The notes: generated by a model not told the origin, from the letters alone. A DNA stretch of 64,000 nt from a virus (IMGVR_UViG_3300001598_000001:32001-96000), one strand, 5' to 3'. Shown: positions 9,748 to 23,140, counted from the first letter of the stretch. Translations and numbers: made by a program.

Positions 9748-10440
9748 TTAATTTAAAATATGCGAATCGACGCCATTATCATTTTCATGGTCGTCGTAAT
9801 CACTGTGATTGGGATCAACAGGTTTATTAAAATGTTTGTCAATATTATCTTGAAAAATTTTTAATTCATCGGTTGAAAATTCATATCCTTTACTTTTTAA
9901 CAAAGTTAGATATAATGGATCAAATTTTGTAATATCTAAAGACGTAATATACATTGGTTCTTCCTCGGGTGCAGCAAAAGAAAAATCTAACGGTACACAA
10001 TTATAAAACATTCTCATCATTGATGCAACCTCTACGGCAGATAAATGCATTTTAGCAATACTGTAAATATTTTTTGGATCATCTGGGTCTAAACAAGAAG
10101 TTAGATATTCATTCCAAAGTTCAGAAGTGTAAGACGGAATCTTTGTGTCATCTTTAACATGTTGCACACACCAGCTTTTAAAATGATCATAATTATTATA
10201 ATAAGTAAAACGACCGATAGCTTCTGTGGCTTCTTCTAATGAAGATACTACACATAATAATTTGTTAGAATTATGTGATGGAAAAATACCATAACAAATA
10301 ACGCTGTCTTTTGCAACAGCAGATGTTTTACCACGCTTCTTGGCTTTTTTAATATTCGATTTTGGCTTACAACGAAACAATGTGGATAATAACAATTTAA
10401 TTTTTACTAATGATATCATACTAATTTTTTCCTCCCACAT
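9748..10440 (-). CDS. Hypothetical protein
   Basis: Up to 230 aa; start may be the Met at 10419. Confidence 0.65.
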   Translation of the reverse strand: MWEEKISMISLVKIKLLLSTLFRCKPKSNIKKAKKRGKTSAVAKDSVICYGIFPSHNSNKLLCVVSSLEEATEAIGRFTYYNNYDHFKSWCVQHVKDDTKIPSYTSELWNEYLTSCLDPDDPKNIYSIAKMHLSAVEVASMMRMFYNCVPLDFSFAAPEEEPMYITSLDITKFDPLYLTLLKSKGYEFSTDELKIFQDNIDKHFNKPVDPNHSDYDDHENDNGVDSHILN

Positions 10441-11116
10441 TTTGAGTATCTATAATATATTTATAAATTATTTTAATAGTATTTGGAGTATAAGGTCCAA
10501 AATATATTTTTTCATCATCTTTTTGAGACTCTAATATATCATGACACCACTCCAAAGTAAAACAAGGAATTGGTTGCTTAGAACCCACTACTTCCATATT
10601 TAAATTATAATGGGAATGCAGGTAACTTGTCAATTGGTTTTGCTGAGTAGTGGACAAACGAGTAATATCTGCTAAATAGAATATAACTTTACGATCGTAA
10701 TATACTCAATGAGATGAGTGAAAAAATTTACGATAATATACTGTAAACGCAATTAATAATTGTAAAATTTTAGAATCAAAATTATGTGCAGGAGAAGAAT
10801 TATATAATTCTTGTGCAAAAGTTATTAATTGTTGTACATCACTATTATATAAAAATATTTGACCTTCATCGGACTGAGCGACATCTAAAAGACAGACGTC
10901 TAAAAATTTATCATAAAATTCAGGAGCTGTTAAACGATCATAAATTAAATTAGCTATTGGAGCAACAGAAGAAACTGGAAACGAATAATCTGTAGTAAGA
11001 ACAGAAATAATATTATTAACGGTTTCTTCTTTAGAAGTGTTAGCAGTTAAATGATTGCGTACTAAACGATACATTTGTTGTCATTCAACTGGTTGTAGTT
11101 CAATAAGTTCTTTCAT
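10421..11116 (-). CDS. Hypothetical protein (TGA=Trp)
   Basis: ORFs 10706..11074 and 10421..10657 join in frame through TGA at 11081-83 and 10706-08; GGAGG RBS; 231 aa. Confidence 0.75.
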
Positions 11117-11118
11117 AA

Positions 11119-14019
11119 TTATTCGCCTCCTTCATCATCATCTTCTTCAATATTTAAATCATCATCTTCCACGTTATTATAGTTTGATCAATTAAACATA
11201 GCTTCAATTAATCGATCTACCGCAATACTTGTGGTATCAGATACATCTTTTAAATAATATTTATTTCCTAAATATTCATATGTACCTTCTTCATTATCTT
11301 TAACAGGTGCAAAAGTTGGACCAGGAGGAATTAATTCAACAATCTTTTCTCCTATAATTTCCCAAGCAAATCCTCAGTTAAAATTAGACAATGTTTGAGA
11401 TAGTTTGTGACAATAGAATAAGAACTCCTCATATGATAAACCAGTATCTAATAATTGGATTTGTAATTCTTTGATAATAGCATCATAGATATTAGAACGT
11501 AATTCAATATAGTCATCATCAAAAGTGTCCTTATTATATAATGCAGTTAAACGTTTAATTTGTTTTTTAGATGTGTAGGATGAATACATCTTTTTAACCT
11601 TTGCTAATTTAATTTCGTCAAAACTATTTTCATAATCTTTTTCATATGTTGGTAGTTTTGATATTTTATATTTCTTATTTCCTGTTTGAACATCTTTTGC
11701 AAATTTAATATCAAAATCAATTGATTCAAATTCACGACAGAGTCTATTCATGGTACAATCAGAAGTGATTAAAGGAGAATATTTTTGATAACGACGAATT
11801 AACATTTTTTCTTCTTCTGTTTGATTTTCTTTCTTTAATAACTTTTTAAATTTAATTCCAAACATATCACGACTGATTTGATTATAAGAATCTTCAAAAC
11901 GTTTAAATTTTTGATTTAGTTCTGGATATAAATATCTAAAGAAATAAGGTTTTTTAGCAACAACAATAGCATTGTTTTTAATCTTTTTTAAACGGGTTTC
12001 AGCATCGTCTTCAGGATCTATTTTTTCAAATTTCTTTCATTCTGAAGGTAAGAATGGTTTATCTGCTCCTTTAATACGGTCAATTTCCTGTCCAACAATT
12101 TCACGTAATAATTTAATACGAGTCATGATGATATTATATTGATCTTCATGTCCTGGTTTATTAAAGATTGCAGCCATTGCATAAAGTATAGTTGCAGTAT
12201 TAGAAAATCCACCAACTCCAGTACCAAAACCTTTCATAACTGTTTTTGTAATATTGTTAACCGTCATTTTTGCTGGAACGGCTAATCCTTTTTCATAAGT
12301 GATAATACTGTGATCTTTATGAGAACCTTTAATAAAATATTCATTATCAGTAGATAATACAATATCTCCATCAAAGTCAGCGTCTTCGGCTCTAAATACA
12401 GCAGTGTCGTATGTAGAAAAAACAATACCACTGTTTAAATAACGCAACCAATAATCTGCTTCGTCATTATGTAACAAAACTTTACTTGGATTATGTTCAT
12501 GGACATCAATCATTGGGCTACGACATAAATCAACGATATCAGCATTTCTTTTATTTCAGAACGATGACCAAATAGTGTCTTTTGGAACAATACCAACTGG
12601 ATCTAATCCCAAAGCAGCTTGACACTGAGCTACAGGATCGCTAACCATAAATTGATAATTTCCTTTGATTCATATTTTTCCTAATTTAGCATGATTAATA
12701 GATTCGGCAATATTTTTATAAATTTTATATTGAACATAACTATCTTGTAAAAAATCAACATTTTTCACAACAGCTTTCATTGCTGATGTTTGAGCAATAC
12801 TGTACATTGAATCATAATCTACGTCATTGTCTTTTACACCAAATGAATATAATAATGTTGGTAATAATTCACCAGAACAAATTTGTTGAATTCAATTTAC
12901 TGTAGGTTGAATTAATTGCTTAATATCTTCTTTACTCAACTCAAGAGATTGAATATATTGATAATTAGCTAAAACATATTCTTCATCTTGACGTTTGTTG
13001 TATCTAGCTACACCTCAATGAATTTCACCTTGTTTAGCATATTCACAATATTCTTGCCAACTATTATAATATTTATAAGTTTTAAATTGTGATTCGGAAA
13101 GTAAAACATCAATATCATTGATATTGTATTCTACACCCCAACGATCTCTAATGGTGAAGATATTATGTTTATGAGCATATTCTTTAAAATCAAATGTTGC
13201 TAAATTACCTTTAATAAAACAAGATCTTGCTACAAATGAACAAGGGGTATAAGATAAATTCATATCTTGTGCCCAAAGCTCAGCAAAATAAGGATCAATT
13301 AATCCTTGTCCATCAGCACAGTTTAATTCTAAGTCCATAATTCTTGGATCAATATATGATTTACCATTTTCATCTTTACAAATAAAATCCACTTTTTCGT
13401 TTGGTAAAGTACGATAAAAATCTTTTATTACACAAACTCTTGGTGTTCTTACCCAAAGAATAGAGGAAAAAGCTAATGCAAAATAAGCACTATACTTAGC
13501 TAAAACAAATTGAGAAGTTTTTTCATCTAATCCACAATTTAATCTTTTAACTAAAAAATCATACAATTCTTCATTTACAAAAGTAGCTGTGTTACGTCTA
13601 ATTTGTCCAGACCCAGAACATAAATAAACATAATGAATTCCATTAACATTAAATCCATTGACACGAAATTTATGAAAGTCAGATTTTTTACCGTCTAAAT
13701 AAACGTTAATAATATCTTTAACAAATAATTTTTCAGTAATCGCTCTATCTAAAATATGTGCTTCTTTATACTTACCTTGCTTTTTATAAATATGCATGGT
13801 ACTACGTAATTGACTAATTTTATTAAAAAGTTTATTATGTTCTTGATAATTTCCATAGTAATATCTGATTTGTTGAAAAATTAGATTATCACCAATTGAA
13901 ACAATATTTTCTTCTTTTTCTCCACGTGATATGGTATAATTTTCAATTTGACAATTGTTAGCAACTATAAACGAAGCAGGTAATTTAAAGACTTGATATA
14001 AGTTTTGACAAACTGCCAT
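11119..14019 (-). CDS. YonO-like single-subunit DNA-dependent RNA polymerase (cellular RdRP fold), TGA=Trp
   Basis: Three track ORFs fuse into 966 aa through ~7 TGA. Motifs CADGQG, FIKG, RSP, DADFDGD, VGGFSN, GQEIDRIK. Context matches SPbeta yonO. Confidence 0.9.
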
Positions 14020-14030
14020 TGCTTTCCTCC

Positions 14031-14396
14031 TTAATTATTATCAATTGAAATTCAATCAGAATCTAATGCATCTAAATTTTCAGCATCATATTTTTTATAA
14101 TATATTTCTGTGTGTTGTATCATAAAATCTATCATCTCAGATAATTCTTTGTCGTTTTTAACATAAAAAACATTATCATAAATATTATTATTTTTATAAT
14201 TATTTAAAGGTGATATATTTAATAAAATAGTGTAATTGTTTTCTTCGAATGGTGTATTATTATTTAAAATAAAAATATATTCTTTGTCTGAACTAGCATC
14301 AATAATATTAATGTTTAATCAGGTATTTTGTAATTTTTGATTATATTTATTATTAATTTCATTTAACACGGTTTGTATTTCTTCTGGTGTAATCAT
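14031..14396 (-). CDS. Hypothetical protein (TGA=Trp)
   Basis: MITPEEIQ..., 121 aa with 2 TGA, GGAG RBS, TAA stop directly before the RNAP RBS. Confidence 0.65.
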
Positions 14397-14487
14397 AGTT
14401 ACCAATCTCCTCAAAATTTATATTTTATATCATAATTTGTTTGATTTTTTAATTAACTATATAATATAGTTAACCTCATCTATTAAT

Positions 14488-14516
14488 ATTATATTGGGAA
14501 AAATTTTATTGTGCAA
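14488..14516 (-). promoter_or_regulatory. Sigma70-type promoter for the leftward RNAP operon
   Basis: TTGCAC-17 nt-TATAAT with CCCAA immediately upstream of the -10. Confidence 0.7.
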
Positions 14517-14826
14517 GTAAAATTGAATAAAAAGAAAGAAAAAAAAGAAAAGTAACAAAAGAAATAAATAAAGAAATAAAAAAACAACTCATACTTCGTA
14601 TTCGTTGTAGTGCCTACGGCGTGGAGTGATTTTTTAAATAACTCATATATTCGTTATTATAAAAAATAACGTTATATTTGGTGGTGATTAATTATTATAT
14701 AAAATATATAAATAATATTAAAGATAATAAAAAAATTTTTAATTATTTTAATAATAATTAGATAAAAAACCTAATGTTTAAAAAAAGAAAAATAAAAAAA
14801 AGAAAAAAATAAAAAACTATTTTATC

Positions 14827-14855
14827 TTGACATTCTTGTAAAAACCCATTATTAT
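14827..14855 (+). promoter_or_regulatory. Sigma70-type promoter, probably giving a leaderless mRNA
   Basis: TTGACA-17 nt-TATTAT; ATG 8 nt downstream with no SD. Confidence 0.7.
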
Positions 14856-14863
14856 ATTGGTGT

Positions 14864-15694
14864 ATGATACTTGATTGGTATAGTTATTGTGAAACAGTTC
14901 ACAGTACAAAAAAATTATTAACAAAAGATCCTGCTGATCACAAGAGTTTATTTAAGCAGGAAATTTTCTATGTTCGTTATTTAATTTATAAAAAACATTA
15001 TACTAAATTACAATGTTATACAGAGTGGCGTAAAATTAAAAATGGAAGAGCAAATATTTTGAAAAAAGATCCCGATCAATTAGCTATAGAATTTTTTAAT
15101 ATTTATCAAGCCGCTAATAGGATAAATAGAATTCCTGGTCCTTTATCTGAAATTATAATTTTTAAAGATGAAGTAGATTATTTGAATTCTCTTCAAGTTC
15201 CTAAATGGATTAAAGAATTTTGGATGGCAGAGCTAATATATTATAAGTTTGCTACACAAATTTATAGTCAGGTAGAGTTAACACCAACAGTATTGTCTTG
15301 GTGTCTTAGACAGGTTACTGATTTAAAAGCTTCTAATAGAACATTTTTTGACCATCGAGATCAAATCGGAAAATACAATGCTCAGTTTGAAGTTATTAAA
15401 ATTAACAATTTAAACAATCATGAATATAATATTATGACACCAAAATTTTTAAACACCGACAATAAAAGTCCTGTATTAATTATTAATAACTTAGATCAAA
15501 TTAAGACAGGAATTAAATTAATTAAAGATAATTATGAAATTTGTGAAAATTGTGGTAAAAAATTTATTAAAAGTTCCAAGAGTCAAACACAATTATGCAC
15601 AGGATGTTATAAAAAATATCGTCGAAAATACAAAACCGAAAAACAAAAAAAATATGACGATCAAAAAAGTCTTGAAAAAATCAGAGAAAATTAA
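14864..15694 (+). CDS. Zn-ribbon-containing putative DNA-binding or regulatory protein
   Basis: 276 aa, C-terminal CENC...CTGC plus basic tail; no TGA. Confidence 0.65.
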   Translation: MILDWYSYCETVHSTKKLLTKDPADHKSLFKQEIFYVRYLIYKKHYTKLQCYTEWRKIKNGRANILKKDPDQLAIEFFNIYQAANRINRIPGPLSEIIIFKDEVDYLNSLQVPKWIKEFWMAELIYYKFATQIYSQVELTPTVLSWCLRQVTDLKASNRTFFDHRDQIGKYNAQFEVIKINNLNNHEYNIMTPKFLNTDNKSPVLIINNLDQIKTGIKLIKDNYEICENCGKKFIKSSKSQTQLCTGCYKKYRRKYKTEKQKKYDDQKSLEKIREN

Positions 15695-15817
15695 GTTTTC
15701 TGGACAGCTAAATCATGTTTACTCTTTTATGGAAGAGGAGTAATAAAAATTGGTTTTATATTTATATAAAACCTTACGAAATGAAAAGAAAAAAGGATAA
15801 AAAGGAGAAATAAACAA

Positions 15818-17053
15818 ATGACAAAAAAAGAATTTTTAGAGTATGTTGACTCTTTTGATAGAGATACTGGTGAATTTACTGAAGAAGAATTATATGCTAT
15901 TGGAACACAATATAAGGAATTACCAGTTTCAGAAAAAAATTGGGAAGAATTGGTTAAAATACTTGGTGTTAATAAAACAGGTGAAAATTTTAGAACTTGG
16001 ATTAAAAGCAGACAATATGCCGATGGAACAATTAAAAAGAATATTCAATTATTATCTGGTCAGACAGTTGAAGATTTAAGTTTTCCAGAAGCTGAAGAAA
16101 AAATTGAAGAAATTAAAAGAGATTTATACAAACAACAAGTAAAAACTAGAGATACTTGAAACGCTTATAGAAGAGATGTACGTAAAGATGCTCGTGAAGA
16201 AAATTTTTATGATATGTTTGCGGAAGCTGTTAAAACATATCCAGCATTACCTCAATATAAAACATTACCAGTTATTTCTACTGATAACGAGGCTGTAATG
16301 TTATTATCAGATATTCATTTGGGTATGGAAATTAATAATTTCTTTAATCATTATAATTTAGAAATTGCTAAAAAAAGATTTGATACTTATATTGATGAAG
16401 TTATTAAAATGTGTCAATTACATCAAGTTCGTAGATTAAATATTTGTAATCTTGGTGATTGTATTCACGGTATTATTAATGTTACTGGTAGAATTGAAGC
16501 CGAAATGAATGTAATTGATCAAGTTATGCAAGTTGCAGAAATGTTAGCTCAAGGATTAAATAAATTACAAAATGCAGCTTCTGAAGTTATTTACAGAAGC
16601 GTTACTGATAATCATAGTAGAGCTATGGCCAATTTCAAAGAAAATATGGAATCTGAAAATCTTAGTAGATTAATTGATTTTTATCTCAAGCCAAGATTAA
16701 AAGATACTTCTATTATTTTTGCTGAAGATAATTTAGATTACGATATTTCATTCTTTGAATTATTAAATGGTCAAAAGGTTATTTGTTCTCATGGTCACCG
16801 TGATAATATTAATGTAGCGGTACAAGGATACTTAGGTGCCACTAAACAATTTGTTGATTATATTTGTTTAGGACACTTCCACGAAAGCAAAATGAAATCG
16901 TTCCAAGGCGCTAAAGTAATTGTAAATGGTAGCGTTTGTGGTTCTGATTCTTATGCTCAATCTAAGAGATTATATGGTGATCCAGAACAAACTTTAATAA
17001 TTATAGATAATAATTCAGTTATTATAGATAATGTTAAGCTAAATATTCAATAA
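15818..17053 (+). CDS. Calcineurin-like metallophosphoesterase (YonJ-like), TGA=Trp
   Basis: Two ORFs join through TGA at 16157; motifs SDIH, LGD, DNH, SHGH, GHFH; 411 aa. Confidence 0.85.
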
Positions 17054-17056
17054 AAC

Positions 17057-17084
17057 AAAACCTCTCGATATCGAGGGGTTTTTA
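17057..17084 (+). terminator. Intrinsic terminator
   Basis: aaaacctctcg-atat-cgaggggtttt followed by a T run. Confidence 0.7.
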
Positions 17085-17106
17085 TTATAAAAGGAAGTGA
17101 AAAGGT

Positions 17107-18204
17107 ATGATAGAACAAGAAAAAGAAATAAATGAAAATATTGAAGTTGCTGAAGAATTAGAAGAAAACGTTACAGAAACACACATTGAGACGCCAGAAC
17201 ACCAAGAGTTTGCTCAATTATATTCTAAGAACAACGAGGATTTTGCTAAAGCTGTTTTTGAATATTGTTTTTTACACAACCTTTTCTTTCATGAAGTTTA
17301 CGTTAATAAGATTATTAGTAGTGATATAGAAAATAAATTTTTTAATATGCCTGAATTATATATTGATATGATTAATAATGATTTTCGTTGTAATGGTTTA
17401 AATTTTTTTGATCAATTAAAGATTGAGAATTTTGAAAAAATTTATAGTGAAGATTTAAATTTATTAATGTTATCAGAAGATGATAAAAAAAACAGACAAG
17501 CATGTCTTGATATTATTGGCTATGATCCTTTTAAAGATGAAGCTATTGAAGATCGTCCACAATTATATAGAGATTTAACAGGTATGTTGACTGATGCAAT
17601 GAGAAAAGATATTGCTAAGTCTAAAGCTGCTTTATCAATTGTTCGTTCATATCAAAATATTGAAAAATATCAACGTAAGGTTACTGAACTTACGTCTAGT
17701 GGTAAAGTTGATGAAGATACTCAAAAAACTTTAGATCAATATTTAAAAGTTATTGCCACCATACAAACCACTATTAACCAAACAGCAGAAAAAAATAATT
17801 TTACTGTTAGAGGTATTGGTTCTAATGGCAAGGGTATGTTGTCAGATGTTATGAATCAAATAGAAGACATGGGAATTGATGAGGGTATTACAAATTTTTA
17901 TGATATTGAAACCTCTAAATCTATTGAAGAAGTTGCTAATATTAGTTTTAAAGCTCAATTAAATCAATTAAATTTATCTAAAACTGATTATGTAGAGATT
18001 TTATCTGCTCAAGCACAAGCTGTTAAAGAAGCACAAAAGACAGCAGCCAAAGCAAATGAAGCATTACGATTAGCTAAAGAAAAAATTACTAAACAAGAAT
18101 TGTTAATTGAACTTGAAAAAGATTATCGTAAAAAAGGAATATCAGAAGAAGAAATTACAGAGTTTATTGGTAGAGAATATAAATTATATGATGGAGAAGA
18201 ATAA
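17107..18204 (+). CDS. Pre-terminase protein (terminase small subunit / YonG-like)
   Basis: 365 aa directly upstream of the large terminase; GYDPF motif and helical body. Confidence 0.5.
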   Translation: MIEQEKEINENIEVAEELEENVTETHIETPEHQEFAQLYSKNNEDFAKAVFEYCFLHNLFFHEVYVNKIISSDIENKFFNMPELYIDMINNDFRCNGLNFFDQLKIENFEKIYSEDLNLLMLSEDDKKNRQACLDIIGYDPFKDEAIEDRPQLYRDLTGMLTDAMRKDIAKSKAALSIVRSYQNIEKYQRKVTELTSSGKVDEDTQKTLDQYLKVIATIQTTINQTAEKNNFTVRGIGSNGKGMLSDVMNQIEDMGIDEGITNFYDIETSKSIEEVANISFKAQLNQLNLSKTDYVEILSAQAQAVKEAQKTAAKANEALRLAKEKITKQELLIELEKDYRKKGISEEEITEFIGREYKLYDGEE

Positions 18205-18206
18205 TT

Positions 18207-20126
18207 ATGATTAGTATTTATAAACGTAAAATTAATAATAATTTAACCATACGTGATTATGACTCTATGAAGAAATATATTCGACTTATACAATGGGGAC
18301 GTAAGAATCCTGTACAATTTATAGAAAAAATTTTTGGTATCACTTTAATGGATTATCAAAAATGATTAATTGCAGAGTCTTGGACCAAAGAGTATGTTGT
18401 TTGAGCTTGTAGTCGTAATGCTGGTAAATCATTTTTAATTGGTTTGTTTATTATGGCTCGTAATTTGTTATTTCCAAAATTACAAACTCAAATTATTTCT
18501 GAAAACTGACAAACTTGTAATGATACTTTTTTAACAATGGAAAAAATTGCCACAAACAATATCAAAACCATTATTAATGACAATACTGTATTTATTGATG
18601 AATTATATAAAACTAAATCTGATTCAGACGGATTTATTCACGATGCCAAAGGTGGAAACAAGTGTAAATTATCAAACGGATCATCTATTTCGGCAATTGC
18701 TGGATCATCTAGATCTGCCAGAGGCCGAAGATCAAACTTAAATGTTTATGATGAAGCTGGTTTTATTGGTAAAGATACTTTTGATATTACTGAACCTTAT
18801 ATGGGTCAATCTTCAGAATTTAAATTAGGTTCTTCTTATGATCCAGAAGTTTACCCAAGAGAAATACCTAATATTCGTTTGTATATTGGTTCAGCATCTG
18901 ATACTAATTCATTGTTTTATGAAAAATACAAAGAAGGGGTTAAACAAATGTTAGCTGGAAGTAATAAATATTTTGTTGCTGACATTAGTTGTGAAATTCC
19001 TAAACATCCTACTGTTAAAGGAAAAGAAGCCAAACCTTTGCTTTCTCAAGAAGAAATTGATCGTAAGATGAGAGAAAATGAAATTGTCGCTATGAGAGAA
19101 TATTACAATATTTTTGATCATTTTGATTTAGAAGATTCTATTGTAACTCGTTCTGACATTTTTACAAATACTGAAACATTTGTTCCAGCAATTACTTGGG
19201 GTGGTAAAAAACATAAATATATTATTTCATATGACCCAGCATCTAAAAACGATAACGCGCCTGTACTAGTTACAGATATGTTTAAAAATGAAGATGGAGA
19301 AATTTGTGGTCGCTGTGTCCATATGGAGAATTTGATTGTTACTTATGGTGATGGATCTAAACGCCCCATGAGAATTGATGAACAAGTTCAGAGATTACGA
19401 GAAATGATATATGAATATAATGGTCGAGAAAATATTGCACCATATGAAAATGTTGTTGTCTTATTAGATTTTGGTGTTGGTGGACAAGCTAGTTCTATTT
19501 GTCAAGAGTTATGTAAAGATTGGACCGATAGTAAAGGAAAGGTTCATCCAGGAATTTATGATGAAGAAAATGAATTTAGCAGATTATGGGCTGAAAAATT
19601 TCCTCATGCAGTTCCAGGGTGTCTAAAAATGGTTGAGCCACGTAAATTTAGAAATGATTTATTTACATCTGCAAAAACATTGGTTCCAATGGGTGCTATT
19701 AAATTTTCACCAAAATGCCCAAAATATGATATTTTGGTTTTAGATGATGGTACTGAAAGAAAATTAGGTAAATCTGAACTAAACTCTTTAATTCAGATGG
19801 ATTTAATGAAAGAAGAAATAGCTTCAATTGTTAGAATCAAAAACCCAACTGGTAATATCACTTTTCAGTTACCACCAGAAAAACGTGGTAAAATGCATGA
19901 TGACCGTTGTTATGTTTTTGTATTAGCATGTTGATGGATTCATCAACAGAGAACTAATGAAACTTTTGGAGATGATGGTGTAGGTTTAGATTATAGTAAA
20001 TTAATCGGTGCTACTCCTGTTAGGTCTCAAGTTTCTAATGATGATCCTTGATTAAAAGGATTATCGGGAAATAAATCTACTATTAAAAGGAGTCCGTTCC
20101 AGGGTAAATCTCCATTTAGTAGATAA
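18207..20126 (+). CDS. terL: Terminase large subunit, TGA=Trp
   Basis: 639 aa. Walker A VV[W=TGA]ACSRNAGKS, ARGRR, Walker B VYDEAG, nuclease SYDPA...HDDR. Confidence 0.9.
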
Positions 20127-20373
20127 ATTTCATTTTAATAATTTCAGTATAAAAAATATACTGTTATTATATATTATTAATATCATTGATGTACAGATGA
20201 TATCGCTTTTTATTGTAAAAAATAAAAAGAATAGAATATATGTTGCCCTTAAATATTTATTATTTTTGGGCAACAGTGTAATATTATTAATTAATTGATT
20301 AAAACAAATGAGAGTAGTTGTTTGTTTTACTGAATTAATTAATATATTTAAGAAAGTAAAAAGGAGTAGAGAT

Positions 20374-20766
20374 ATGATTTGTTGTAAAATTATTTTTGAT
20401 TATCAAAATCCTCAAGGGGATTTTAAATTATTATTAGAAAAATTAGGATCTTATGGTGATGTTCTATGAGATCAACATACTTTATATTTTAGTGACACAT
20501 CTGGCAATATAACTGAACAACAAATTGTATCGGTTATACAAAGCTGTAAATATAGTAAAATTTTTATTGACAGTTATGATCGTAACAATCAACCAAATTA
20601 TGAAAACGATTATGTGATGGGATGACTTACAGATCATTTAATGAAAATTTCTTATAATTTATGTGAGCAAGCTAGTCAAAAAACTTTTCAAGACATATCT
20701 AAAGGATTAGACATTTTAAATGAACAATTAGATAAACAATTAAGTGAACAAAAAAACAACATTTAA
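20374..20766 (+). CDS. Hypothetical protein (TGA=Trp)
   Basis: 130 aa, AGGAG RBS, two TGA, TAA stop. Confidence 0.65.
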
Positions 20767-20795
20767 AATAGATCAATACTATAGGAGGTTACAAT

Positions 20796-22628
20796 ATGGA
20801 AAATGAACAAGAAAAGAAAAAAGTTGGACGTCCAAAAAATAACCCAATAGTTCAAGAAGTCGTCGATGAAAAAAATCAAGATCGTTTAGATATGGAAAAA
20901 CGATCTCAAGAAGAATATATCACTATTGATGATTTGGGAAAACGTTGGAGTGCTACTTTTCAAAAAATTGCTGCATTAGATCAAACTACTGGTATTGGTA
21001 CTGTAGCAACACAATGAAATAAATTAAATCCATTTTTACAAAATCAAAGAATTAAAAATTTATATAGTACAGCACGTACTTATAACAAAGCTAATATTAG
21101 TGAATTTTTAGCTAATCCAGCTAATTTTGAAAAAGAGTTACGTAGTCTTAGCTGGGCTAATAGTAGTAGTCAACAAATTTATTATAATATTTTAAGACGT
21201 GCTAGTGATATTCCATTATATAATTATTATTTAATACCAGAATTATTAGATATAGAAGAATATAATGATAAAGATTTTCAATCTGAAGATAGACTAATTC
21301 ATGAATGGGTTGAAACTTTTAATATTCCTAATACTTTTAAAACAATGGCTTTAGAAATTAAGAGAGAGGGAAAGTCTAGCTATTTATTACGAAATAAATT
21401 TATTGGAGAAGGTAAAAACAAACATGTTGGTTTTACTACTTTACAAAAGTTACCAAGTGATTGAGTAAAAATTACTGGTAAATCACAATTAGGTTTTACC
21501 ATCTCATTTGATATGATGTATTTTCTTAACATTGCTAATTCACCAGCAGATTTTGGTGATTTTATGGTCAAAGCTTGAGCTGATATGGTAAATAAAGGTA
21601 TTGTTACTAATACTGACAACCAAGGAAAATGAGAATTTAATTCTGGTAAAGCTGCAAATTATAGTTTTAATTATGGTAATAATAATTATGCTTCTACGAT
21701 TGAAATTATGAAGAAAGGTCGTAAGATGAACTACATGTTCTGGTTAAAATTACCTTTTGATATTTGTTATACTTTTGGAAGTGATAATTCACAACCTTGG
21801 GTAGCGCCAGATACTATGGGATTAATGTTGAAATTACAAGAATTAACTGACTATGGACAATTAGCTGGTTTAATAGCTAGCACACCTTTAACTGCTGTAT
21901 TAACTGGAGAAATTGAAACAATTGATAATCCAAGAGCTGGTAAAAATGAATCAGTATATAGTCCAGAAGTATTACAAGGATATATGACTCAATTTAATCA
22001 AGCCACATCAACAAATGTTGAAGCCTGGTTATGGCCAGCAAAAAATATTAAATTACAACAATTATCTTCAGATGTTAATTCATCTGAAATAATTTCTTCA
22101 GCAACTGAAAATTTTGTTTCTACAGCTGGAGAAGGTGGTTTAACTATTACTACTGAAAAACCTAACGTTGCACAAGTTACTGTTACAAAACAATTAGCTG
22201 CGGCACAACAAAATTATGTTACTTTACAATTTGAAAATGTTTTAAATTATATTATTAAACATAAATTAGGTTTTTCTTATGCATGAAAAATTAAAATTTG
22301 AGGAGATGTTTTTAATCACGAAAGCGATCGTAAATTTTTAAAAGAAGTTGTCGCTAATGGTAATATTGCATTATTACCAAAACTAATGTCCGCAGAAGGA
22401 ATTTCTATTCGAGATACTAAAGCAATGACGGAGTATATCAAAACATTTGATTTTTATAAAGATTTTATGACTTATACTCAAACAACTCAAATTGCTCAAA
22501 AAGAAGAAGATGAAGCACAAGGAGCGGTTGGAAGACCTGGTTTAGACGATGAAGAAATAGACAATGATGCAACAGCTGCATCTAAAGAAGCTGGTACTAA
22601 TACTAGTGATAATCGTGACCAGGAGTAA
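20796..22628 (+). CDS. Portal protein, TGA=Trp
   Basis: Three track ORFs in one frame fuse to 610 aa; position after terminase; C-terminal GRP motif typical of SPbeta-like portals. Confidence 0.75.
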
Positions 22629-22641
22629 TGGGGGTATAAAT

Positions 22642-23136
22642 ATGAGAATGACAGAAGAAACTTATAATAAGTTAAATTTATTAATGGCCGAATGTTTTGA
22701 TGGAAATGCGGTAATTGATAATTTGGCATATAATTTAGATTTTTATTATTTTAATGAAATTGCTGATATTGTACATCATCAAATTGCACACATATTACCT
22801 GAATGGGCTGATATGATTAGTAATAAAATGTTAGAATTATCTGCAAGACCAATTAGATTAGACATTGGTGGTTATCAAGATGATATATCAAATTTAACTG
22901 AAATTTTTACTATTTTGTATAATACAATAAGAAAAATTTTAGAAGATACAAGGTCATTAATCGCCACAGCAGATATGAACGGTGACGATGAAGTTAGAAT
23001 TTTTGCAGAAAGTTTTTTAGAAAAAGTGAGTTCCTATGTAAAACAAGGAGAAGAGTGGGTTAATTCTTCAAAAACATTAACTCCTGCTGAAATGAATATA
23101 CACATTAAACAGTATACTCATTTTATTAAATTGTAA
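22642..23136 (+). CDS. Ferritin-like four-helix protein
   Basis: 164 aa, helical, with HHQIAH and E/D spacing plus ADMNGDDEVRIFAE resembling the ferritin-like fold. Confidence 0.5.
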   Translation: MRMTEETYNKLNLLMAECFDGNAVIDNLAYNLDFYYFNEIADIVHHQIAHILPEWADMISNKMLELSARPIRLDIGGYQDDISNLTEIFTILYNTIRKILEDTRSLIATADMNGDDEVRIFAESFLEKVSSYVKQGEEWVNSSKTLTPAEMNIHIKQYTHFIKL

Positions 23137-23140
23137 AACT

